NCBI GenBank assembly: GCA_963703315.1
Contig: OY969811.1
Coordinates: 448,001 to 512,000 of the forward strand
Origin: an uncultured cyanobacterium
GTDB taxonomy: Bacteria; Cyanobacteriota; Cyanobacteriia; Pseudanabaenales; Pseudanabaenaceae
Length of the DNA: 64,000 bases
Reading direction: 5' to 3'
The first letter of the stretch is position 1. Every line of letters starts with the position of its first letter. The position numbers were made by a program, and so were the translations under genes. Positions 56,121-64,000 of the stretch are shown in pieces. Under the pieces are notes generated by a model. It did no database searches. It worked only from the letters and a program-made list of their open reading frames with translations, and was not told the DNA's origin.

Positions 56121-56216
56121 TATAGCAAGGTAAAGTTTGCTTTTGCTTAGGACATAAAACCCAAAAGACTGATAGTGCCGCTTCGCGGCACTATCAGTCT
56201 TTTGGGTTTTGCTATA
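56121..56216. mobile_element. IS630-related MITE with triloop hairpin
   Basis: TATAGCAA...TTGCTATA ends; TTAGGACATAAAA (56147-56159) is identical to IS630 3925-3937. Confidence 0.65.
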
Positions 56217-56304
56217 ACAAAGGGCTGAAGCCCCTTATCTTTTTTGATAACAAGCAAGAGCGATCGCGTTTAAAATAGTTGAGGCAATCTAGAATCGTTT
56301 CAAC

Positions 56305-57417
56305 GTGAATAAAATCCCTCCCTTTGATGTATCGCAGCAATATCAACAAATTGGCGATCGCCTAAATAAAGCTGCCTTAGAAGTACTAGCATCGGGGCAG
56401 TACATTGGTGGACAAACTGTAAGTCAGTTTGAGACTGAATTTGCTAATTATATTGGCTCCAATCATGGTATTGCTTGCAATTCTGGTACTGATGCTCTGT
56501 ATTTAGCAATGCGTGCCTTAGATATCGGGGAGGGTGATGAAGTAATTACTTCACCGTTTACTTTTTTTGCCAGTGCCGAAACCGTGAGCATGGCGGGTGC
56601 AAAACCAGTATTTGTCGATATTGAGTCCCATAGCTTTAATATCAATGTAGATCTCATCGAAGCGGCGATTACCGATCGCACTAAGGCGATTATGCCTGTG
56701 CATTTGTTTGGGCGAGCAGTAGATATGGCGAAGTTAATGGCGATCGCCAAAAAGCATGATCTCTATGTGATCGAAGATTGCGCTCAGGCAACAGGGGCGA
56801 CCTTTGATGGTCAAAAAGTCGGCAGTATTGGTGATGTCGGTTGCTTTAGCTTTTATCCAACCAAAAATCTGGGGGGCTGTGGTGATGGCGGCATGATGAC
56901 CACCAATAACGCCGCAATTGATGAAAAGTTGCGAATTTTGCGTGAACATGGCAGTCCTAAGCGTTATTACCACGAATATATCGGCATGAATTCACGCCTT
57001 GATTCGTTACAGGCAGCCCTTCTGCAAGTGAAACTGCCCTATCTCGACAAGTGGAATGCTCAACGATGTGAGATTAGCGATCGCTACACAGATCTGCTCA
57101 AAGACGCAAATATCTCCAATCTGGTAACACCGCACCATTGTTCTGGCAGTGTCTGGAATCAATACACAGTATGTATCGGTGATGGCAAACGAGATTTTGT
57201 GCAGACGCAACTACGGGAGCAAAATATCATCACGATGATTTACTATCCTCTGCCCTTACATTTGCAATCTGTTTATAACAACTTGGGCTATCAAAAAGGT
57301 GATTTTCCTGTTACTGAAGATATTTGCGATCGCGTCCTATCTTTACCGATGTTCCCCGAACTCAGCGAAGAACAACAACAGCGAGTCGTCAGTACTTTAA
57401 AAACTATCCTTAAATAA
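56305..57417 (+). CDS. DegT/DnrJ/EryC1/StrS sugar aminotransferase
   Basis: NSGTDAL, IEDCAQA, FSFYPTKNLG, NSRLD, SLPMFP. Confidence 0.94.
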   Translation: MNKIPPFDVSQQYQQIGDRLNKAALEVLASGQYIGGQTVSQFETEFANYIGSNHGIACNSGTDALYLAMRALDIGEGDEVITSPFTFFASAETVSMAGAKPVFVDIESHSFNINVDLIEAAITDRTKAIMPVHLFGRAVDMAKLMAIAKKHDLYVIEDCAQATGATFDGQKVGSIGDVGCFSFYPTKNLGGCGDGGMMTTNNAAIDEKLRILREHGSPKRYYHEYIGMNSRLDSLQAALLQVKLPYLDKWNAQRCEISDRYTDLLKDANISNLVTPHHCSGSVWNQYTVCIGDGKRDFVQTQLREQNIITMIYYPLPLHLQSVYNNLGYQKGDFPVTEDICDRVLSLPMFPELSEEQQQRVVSTLKTILK

Positions 57418-57455
57418 TTCCCAGAAATCATAAAAGGCGGTGCAACGCGCCGCCT

Positions 57456-57830
57456 TTATGATCCATAGCCTAAAACCTGCTCGGCAGTGAGGGTAAAGCC
57501 AGAAACTACCGTTGATGTAATAAAATTACGTGATGAGGCTTGCAAATACGCGGCTGATTCTTCAGTAACTATCATGAGATCAGGGATACGACAGCTTGAT
57601 CTTTTTCCTGACACTGCAATTTCAGTATTGTAAAGAATTAAAGCAAAGGGAATATATTTAGCAAACTCAAACAGTAGAAACTTAGCAATATTAATATTTC
57701 CATAGGATTCGGTCGGCATTGTTACTAGTTCTCCGTTGACTAGCTCATAGCGTGTATCTGTACCATCGTCATAGCTGAAATAGTCTTCTATGGTCATTAG
57801 TTTAGAGGGGCTAGCTGTCGCTAAGGTCAT
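57456..57830 (-). pseudogene. Uma2-family endonuclease, internally deleted (in frame)
   Basis: DGTDTRYELVNGELVTMP, RIPDLMIV and C-terminal LTAEQVL present; the central EVVSP/EYWIVDP block is absent. Confidence 0.65.
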
Positions 57831-57977
57831 AATTTAAGTCCTCTCTTACGCATGACAAAATTGTAATCCAAGAATCGTATGGCGGCGCGAAGCACCGCCA
57901 TGCGATCGCTAGCAAGCAAAGACAACGCAAAGCGTCGCCTTTGCCTATAATAATCACAGCTAAATTAGGGAATAATC

Positions 57978-59339
57978 ATGGGCATTATTAACTCGGTGTT
58001 TGCGAAATGGAAAAAACCTTCACAGGGGGTGGGGAATGATCCAAATGTGCAGACTATTCCAATCTCTAGCACCACGCAACCAACTGTGACATCTCAACCC
58101 AGTACAGCCGCACAAAGATATGCAGAACTAGAGGCAGAGTTAACGCGATCGCATCAAGGCTCACATCAAGTAGTGCAAACTAAACCAATTAATCAACCAA
58201 AACCATCTGGAGGATTTCGCAAATTAGGCAAAAGACTGATTTGGATCGGCGTTCTGGTGGGGATTCCTGCGGGGATTATTTATGTGGTGAACTTGCCCTA
58301 TCCTGCCATTCGGCAACCTGTAGCAAAGGCGGCTCCACTTTTGCTATTGCCAAGTAACATGGCGATCGATGCCAATTTTAAAAAAGGACAAGCAACAATT
58401 GAAGAAGTCAGACAATTAATTGAATCTCCCACTAGTCCTGCTGATCTTGATCGTGGTGAGATCAAACTTAAGGAGGGTAAGACAGCTTTAGATGCAATTC
58501 CTGCATGGTATATCGCAGATTGGGCAGACTATTCACGAGGATATAACAGTTGGGGATACGATTGGCGATTTACACCCTCTGGCTTGCAAGCGGCGCGAAT
58601 TAAGGCAGGACAGCTAGAAGCAAAAGTCTTTCAAGAGAAAAATGCTCAGATTGCACTTACTGATGCTGAGCAATCAATAACTATGGCTAAGACTGTATTT
58701 CAGCAAGCTGCAAAACCCTTAGATAAGAAAATGGCGATCCAAAACTGGCAAGCCGCGATCGATCGCTTAGCCCAGATTCCATCACAAACGATGGCAGGAC
58801 GTAGGGCGCAGCAATTAATTAGTACTTCAACTAGAGATTTAAAAGAAGTGGGAGGACTTGCCGTAGGTAATGAGAAATCCCTATCATTGATTAGTTCGGC
58901 TGAGGGATTTGCTCAAAAAGCTGCCCAATCTGGTCAAAACCCTCCCCATTCAATTGCTCGCTGGACTGAAATCGCCAAAATGTGGCAAGATGCAATCAAA
59001 CTGTTAGAAAGTATTCCTGCTAATGATGTGCAGGGTTATGCTGAAGCCCAAAGACAGCTAGTGGAATATAGAGCTAGTCTCTCGGAAGTGAAAGTGCGGT
59101 TACAAAATGAGCAGGAGTCTGTACAAGCGCTAGATCGCGCTAACCAGCAATTAACAGCTTTATGGGCATGGTTACCGAAGGATGGTAAAGACTTGAATCG
59201 AAATCAAGCAATGGGTCGTTTTTTAGCGATTCGTGCTGAGCTAGATAAAGTTAAAAGTGGAACAACGGTTTATTTGCCAGCCCAAGAAATTAAGGTTCAA
59301 GTGCAGAATCAATTGAAGTTATTAGAGCAGGCAAAGTGA
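57978..59339 (+). CDS. Membrane-anchored helical hypothetical protein
   Basis: Single TM (LIWIGVLVGIPAGIIYVVNLPYP) followed by long alpha-helical repeats. Confidence 0.75.
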   Translation: MGIINSVFAKWKKPSQGVGNDPNVQTIPISSTTQPTVTSQPSTAAQRYAELEAELTRSHQGSHQVVQTKPINQPKPSGGFRKLGKRLIWIGVLVGIPAGIIYVVNLPYPAIRQPVAKAAPLLLLPSNMAIDANFKKGQATIEEVRQLIESPTSPADLDRGEIKLKEGKTALDAIPAWYIADWADYSRGYNSWGYDWRFTPSGLQAARIKAGQLEAKVFQEKNAQIALTDAEQSITMAKTVFQQAAKPLDKKMAIQNWQAAIDRLAQIPSQTMAGRRAQQLISTSTRDLKEVGGLAVGNEKSLSLISSAEGFAQKAAQSGQNPPHSIARWTEIAKMWQDAIKLLESIPANDVQGYAEAQRQLVEYRASLSEVKVRLQNEQESVQALDRANQQLTALWAWLPKDGKDLNRNQAMGRFLAIRAELDKVKSGTTVYLPAQEIKVQVQNQLKLLEQAK

Positions 59340-59369
59340 TACATATCTCATTTATTAACGGATTAAACT

Positions 59370-61343
59370 ATGACCAAATTTGACTTTCTATCGGATATCC
59401 AAAAGCCTTGGCACTACATGGACGTAGAGCAAATACTGAAGGATTTAGAGTCTTCGATGGAAGGTTTGTCCTATGTAAATGCAAGGCAAAGATTACGACA
59501 TTTAGGAGCGAATAAACTACCGCGATCGCGTCCAATTAGTAAAATCCTCTTACAACCTTTGCTCAATCCTTTGACCTATCTATTGATAGTCGCCGCAGTT
59601 TATTTGCAATGGAATGGTGCGGAGGGATGGGCGCTGATTCTGGTGGGGGTATTGCATAAAGCGATTGGCATCTGTTTATCTATAGGGTCAATTAAAACAA
59701 GAGAGAAAGTTAGCCGTGATCGCCCTCAACGTCGTCAAAATGAACCTTCTAATTCTGTCATAGTTCTACGCGATCGCGAAGAAATGGAATTACCATCACG
59801 GGATTTGGTCTTGGGGGATGTACTGATTTTAAGGGAAGGCGATCGCCCCAATGTCGATGTGCGAGTTCTCGAAACATCCGACGATTTACTTGTAAATCAA
59901 ACTAATTTGGGTGGTGAGGCAATTTGTCATAAGCAAGCGGATCTCACCTTAGAAGAGAAAACACCACCCCTTGAATGTAGCAATATGATCTATGCGGGGA
60001 CAGAAATTTCTTCAGGAACTGCTAAGGGACTGGTGATTGCCACAGGTCGCTTCACTCAAGAACAGGCGGCTCTCATCCAAGAAAAGCCATTCTCTGTCGT
60101 GCATTCAGAATTGCGACAATTGCAACAGGTTTGGATTGGGTTGTTAGTACTAGTAACTGTAATTGTGATTGGGTTTGCGTGGCAGAGGGGGATTATCATC
60201 AATGCTATGACTGCCGCCGCCCTGATTGTGAGTACCTATCCTCAAAATTTGTTGCGAATCGCGACACAGGTGCAGTTATTTGGAATGCGAGATCTCGCTA
60301 AACAGCGCATTTGGGCAAGATTTCCCTCCGTCTTAGATGCGATCGCCAGAGTGACTACGATTGTCCCAATTGTCGAGTCAGACGTGGTGTTGAGCTTTGA
60401 TAACTTGAGTCGCGCAGGTATTGAGTGGCGGGGATTGATCAGAGCTTCCGAAGCTGATGCTACAGCTTTTAGTCAAGTCATTGGCATTGAAACCCATAGT
60501 TATTTTGATGCTCCTCAAGAGCGAATTCGTCAATGGCAAAATAGTTACCAAAATACTCGCCAAAATACTCGCCTCAAATCTGCCAATGCTGTTGCAGTGA
60601 TTGGCAATGATATTGAAGATATTCCTTTATTAAAGGCAGGTGATGTAGGAATTTGCGATCGCACCTGTCGTAAAGAATTGCAGGATAGTGCAGGACTGAT
60701 CTTACCTAAGGATGATTTCCATTATTTACCGATCGCCATTCTTGAAGGACGTGCCACCTTTGATCGTTTACAACGCACGGCTCTACTCACGGCTACTAGT
60801 TCTTTCACGTTAGCGGTGTTAACTCTGATGGATACTGCCGCAGGGTTTGCGATGCCGCCGTTGCAGCTAATCTGGGTTGGCGCGATCGCCACACCACTTG
60901 TGGCTTTTCCCTTAGTTCTCGAACCCACCCATGAGAGTCTATTATTTCAACCTGCTCATCGCTTTCAGACCATTTTACGCCCTAGCAACTATCTGCGAAT
61001 TTTGTTAGCTGTTACCGCCACAATTACCGCCGTTTCCTTAGTATTTTGGCTCAAATATCAAGGGCAACCCTCGATGTTTTCCCAAGCAAGATCGATGGCA
61101 TTTGCGACTCTTGGCTTCAGTCAAATTTTCCATGCCTGTGCGATCGCTCGTCAAAGCGTATTTAGCAATCTGCCACTTCTACTCGGCATATCCTTCATCG
61201 CCGTCTTCCAAATCATCTTCGTGCAGATTCCTTTATTTGGCGATCTCATGGCAACGGTTCCTTTAAATGGAGTGGAATGGGCGATCTCTATTCTCAGTGC
61301 CACTGCTGTTTTTTGGGTACAGGAATTAATCAAAACGAGTTAA
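59370..61343 (+). CDS. Catalytically degenerate P-type (P2A-like) ATPase homologue
   Basis: P-type architecture is clear but TGES, PEGL, DKTGT, TGD and GDGxND are all altered and the N domain is missing. Confidence 0.75.
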   Translation: MTKFDFLSDIQKPWHYMDVEQILKDLESSMEGLSYVNARQRLRHLGANKLPRSRPISKILLQPLLNPLTYLLIVAAVYLQWNGAEGWALILVGVLHKAIGICLSIGSIKTREKVSRDRPQRRQNEPSNSVIVLRDREEMELPSRDLVLGDVLILREGDRPNVDVRVLETSDDLLVNQTNLGGEAICHKQADLTLEEKTPPLECSNMIYAGTEISSGTAKGLVIATGRFTQEQAALIQEKPFSVVHSELRQLQQVWIGLLVLVTVIVIGFAWQRGIIINAMTAAALIVSTYPQNLLRIATQVQLFGMRDLAKQRIWARFPSVLDAIARVTTIVPIVESDVVLSFDNLSRAGIEWRGLIRASEADATAFSQVIGIETHSYFDAPQERIRQWQNSYQNTRQNTRLKSANAVAVIGNDIEDIPLLKAGDVGICDRTCRKELQDSAGLILPKDDFHYLPIAILEGRATFDRLQRTALLTATSSFTLAVLTLMDTAAGFAMPPLQLIWVGAIATPLVAFPLVLEPTHESLLFQPAHRFQTILRPSNYLRILLAVTATITAVSLVFWLKYQGQPSMFSQARSMAFATLGFSQIFHACAIARQSVFSNLPLLLGISFIAVFQIIFVQIPLFGDLMATVPLNGVEWAISILSATAVFWVQELIKTS

Positions 61344-61533
61344 TTACTAGTTCTCGCTTTTGAGCCAAACCTGTGATTTTCTGCGATGCATTTAGGACTT
61401 CAACGCCCACAACATTACCATCGGAGTCATAGTCTAAGATCACACCTTCTGATACTTCATCACTTTCAGCAATTTTTGATTCTGTCCATCGAATGTACAG
61501 AGCATCTACTTTTGCGTCATAAGCTGATTTCAT
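61330..61533 (-). CDS. DUF2283 family protein
   Basis: YDAKVDALYI...GVILDYDSDGNVVGVEVLNAS. Confidence 0.88.
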   Translation of the reverse strand: MKSAYDAKVDALYIRWTESKIAESDEVSEGVILDYDSDGNVVGVEVLNASQKITGLAQKRELVINSF

Positions 61534-61552
61534 GATTTACTCCCAATATTTA

Positions 61553-62494
61553 TCATTCTACTGACTGAATAGCTTCGAGAGCCTTTTGATACCATACGGT
61601 ATTCCCTTGATCTTGAAAAAGTTGTGCAGCTTTCTGAAAGTCTCTTAATGCTCCACGCTTTTCTTCGATCTGATATTTGGCATACCCCCGACTATAGTAA
61701 GCATCCGCAAGAGTTCTACTAACCCAATTACGATTAATTCGGATCGCGGCGTTGTAAGCAGAGATTGCTCCTTGATAGTCTCCTAAATCAGATTTCGCTG
61801 ATCCGAGATTGAAGTGGGCAAGAGAATAGTCTGGCTTGAGACGGATAGCCTCGTTCCAGTCATCGATTGACCCTTGCTTATTTCCTAAATTGTAGTTTGC
61901 TAATCCTCGCCCCGTATAGGCATCCGCAGGAGTTCTACTAACCCAATTACGATTAATCCTGAGCGCTTCGTCATAATCATAAATGGCTCCCTGATTGTCT
62001 CCTAAATCAGACTTTGCTAAGGCGCGATTGTAATAAACAAGGGAATAGTCAGGATTGAGACGGATGGCTTCGCTCCAGTCGTTGAGAGAGCCTTGCTTAT
62101 TTCCTAAGTTGTACTTGATTAATCCTCGACCAGTGTAGGCATCAGCAAGACTTCTTGCACCCCAATTGCGGTTAATCTCGATCGCTCGGTTATAGTCAGC
62201 GATCGCACCCTGATTGTCATTTAAAGATGACTTTGCTAAGGCACGATTGTAGTAAGCAAGGGAATAGTCAGGTTTGAGACGGATCGTTTCGTTATAGTCA
62301 GCGATCGCGCCGCGATAGTCACCTTTATTCTGTTTTCTAAAAGCGCTATTAAAGTAATCTAAGTGAGCCTGCGCTAACTTAGGTATGACTTGCATTGATG
62401 ATTGAGCGATCGGTTCAGCATGACTTGATAACGGTTCTTTCCCCAAAGAAATTGTCAATGCTAAAGCTACTAGACCAAGGAAACGCCAAGACAT
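61553..62494 (-). CDS. Exported TPR-repeat protein
   Basis: Signal-peptide-like N-terminus; GAIADY/AYYNR TPRs organised as ~73-aa double units. Confidence 0.88.
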   Translation of the reverse strand: MSWRFLGLVALALTISLGKEPLSSHAEPIAQSSMQVIPKLAQAHLDYFNSAFRKQNKGDYRGAIADYNETIRLKPDYSLAYYNRALAKSSLNDNQGAIADYNRAIEINRNWGARSLADAYTGRGLIKYNLGNKQGSLNDWSEAIRLNPDYSLVYYNRALAKSDLGDNQGAIYDYDEALRINRNWVSRTPADAYTGRGLANYNLGNKQGSIDDWNEAIRLKPDYSLAHFNLGSAKSDLGDYQGAISAYNAAIRINRNWVSRTLADAYYSRGYAKYQIEEKRGALRDFQKAAQLFQDQGNTVWYQKALEAIQSVE

Positions 62495-62548
62495 AAACTT
62501 AACCCCTCAAAATCATCTAAATTTTCATAATATTAACATGAATCTTTT

Positions 62549-62669
62549 TAAGTAAGTAGCTGGGCATAATTAAAAACTAGATCCAAAACCTGTGGCGCTC
62601 GCTGCGCGAGCGCCACAGGTTTTGGGGTTTTATATTTAATTGCACCTAGCTACTTAGCTGGGCATAATT
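62549..62669. mobile_element. MITE family A inserted into a copy of its own left end
   Basis: TAAG-TA-[AGTAGCTGGGCATAATT...hairpin...AGCTACT]-TA-GCTGGGCATAATT. Confidence 0.7.
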
Positions 62670-62710
62670 TGCTGTAATCGCTGTAATCAATGTAAGCTGC
62701 AAATAGACCA

Positions 62711-62804
62711 TATAGCTGTCGCCAGTCTAAAACCAAAAGATGAGTGGCGGCGCTTCGCGCCGCCACTCATCTTATTTGTGCTAATACAAATTACGACAGC
62801 TATA
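62711..62804. mobile_element. MITE family B (IS630-like ends) with triloop hairpin
   Basis: TATAGCTGTCGCCAGTC ... CGACAGCTATA; core GGCGGCGC-TTC-GCGCCGCC. Confidence 0.7.
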
Positions 62805-62834
62805 GTATTGATTGCGCTAGAAATTATTAAATAC

Positions 62835-64000
62835 ATGAGCTTAATGCCCAAGCATTTATCTAACCCTGCTCCAAAACGTCAATCTCCCCAAACCTCTAAA
62901 ACAATACCTTTGAGGCAATGGTGCTTTTTTGCGAGTTTGACGATCGCCCTGCTATCAGGCTGTCAGAGTCAACCAACACCAACTCCTACAGCCGCTATAC
63001 CAGAGGTTACGAGTAAACCAACAGTCGCGGCGATCGCCAAAGATCCAGAGGGGATTTTAGAACGGGTAAAAGCGCGTGGCAAGCTGATCTGTGGCGTGAA
63101 TGGTAAACTGTTGGGATTTAGCTATGTCGATGACAAGGGCGTTTGGAGTGGCTTAGATGTAGACTATTGCAGAGCGATCGCCGCCGCCGTCTTGGGAGAT
63201 GCGAAGGCAGTTGAGTTTAAACCTCTGCTAGCGAAAGATCGCTTTACTTCAGTTCAAAATGGTGAAGTGGATGTGTTGATGCGAAATACAACCCGTACCT
63301 TGACTCGCGATGTTACTCCTAATATTTCCTTTGCACCTACGACTTTCTTTGATGGACAGGGAATTATGCTAAGGATTGGAGGACTAAAACCCACTTCCCC
63401 TTCTCCTAGCCCGACTGGTTCCCCAAATACTGCGTCACCATCGCCATCAGCCTCACCTAGCCCCAGCCCTAGTCCTGAGACAAACAAACCTGATATTAAA
63501 CCTGAGATCAAGTCGGACAGTAAAGATATTAAATCTGATAAGCAAACACCAAGAACCAATGAAGAATTGGCGATCGCTCTTAAGGAACTGACGGGTAAGA
63601 AAATCTGCGTAGAAACAGGAATAAATGCTTCCAATCTAGAATCGACATTTAAAGAAGCAAAAGTCGAGATTTCTACCGTCATTTTGCCTGATCTCGATAG
63701 TGTTTTGAGTGCTTATGCCAAAGGAGACTGTGAAGCAATTTCTTCAGAAAAATCACAGTTGGCAGCATGGAAAAGTAAGCTCCCACGGGTTGCCGATCAC
63801 AAGATTTTAGATCTGAGTTTATCCAAGGAGCCACTTAGCCCAGCGATCGTTAGTAATGACGATCGCTGGCGGGATGCAGTGACATGGGTAATTTATGCCA
63901 CTTTTTATGCGGAAGAATTGGGAATTAGTACCGATAACTACAGCGTTTTTAAAGATGCTAAAAATCCTGAAATATCGAAGTTTCTCGGTACATCTGATTC
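62835..64000 (+). CDS. Amino-acid ABC transporter substrate-binding lipoprotein (AapJ/BztA-like), partial at 3' end
   Basis: ATG 62835, lipobox LLSGC, RGKLICGV, GLDVDYCRAIAAAV, RNTTRTLTRD, FDGQG, SKEPL; runs off the window. Confidence 0.88.
   Translation, partial: MSLMPKHLSNPAPKRQSPQTSKTIPLRQWCFFASLTIALLSGCQSQPTPTPTAAIPEVTSKPTVAAIAKDPEGILERVKARGKLICGVNGKLLGFSYVDDKGVWSGLDVDYCRAIAAAVLGDAKAVEFKPLLAKDRFTSVQNGEVDVLMRNTTRTLTRDVTPNISFAPTTFFDGQGIMLRIGGLKPTSPSPSPTGSPNTASPSPSASPSPSPSPETNKPDIKPEIKSDSKDIKSDKQTPRTNEELAIALKELTGKKICVETGINASNLESTFKEAKVEISTVILPDLDSVLSAYAKGDCEAISSEKSQLAAWKSKLPRVADHKILDLSLSKEPLSPAIVSNDDRWRDAVTWVIYATFYAEELGISTDNYSVFKDAKNPEISKFLGTSD

Noticed and set aside
63254..63682. 142-aa minus-strand ORF
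   Set aside because: Antisense to the substrate-binding protein gene that runs off the window.

Overview
Cyanobacterial chromosome segment, shown by dense HIP1 GCGATCGC sites, psbEFLJ, ndhHAIGE, apcE and zds; a Pseudanabaena-like host is my inference. Housekeeping and photosynthesis genes alternate with conflict or accessory modules. (1) A 9-kb minus-strand cluster: broken Trypco1-like gene, CHAT(caspase-like)-AAA_35 STAND gene, xisH/xisI, and a large AAA_35-TM-coiled-coil-TPR-pseudoCHAT gene. An IS630 splits the last gene, and removing it restores one 1719-aa ORF. (2) A stand-alone type IIG/IIL restriction-modification fusion. (3) Toxin-antitoxin-like cassettes bordered by a conserved HIP1-anchored motif. 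(4) An AT-rich Menshen-like DUF262/ABC-ATPase/effector cassette with a colicin-E3-like C-terminus, inserted between a SNF2 helicase and its SWIM partner. (5) An intact P-type ATPase homologue lacking every catalytic motif. Most intergenic regions carry GC-NNN-GC triloop hairpins, often nested in TA-flanked MITE ends, some matching the resident IS630 termini. No rRNA, tRNA or CRISPR array was recognised. Family assignments come from motif recognition by eye; no searches were run.
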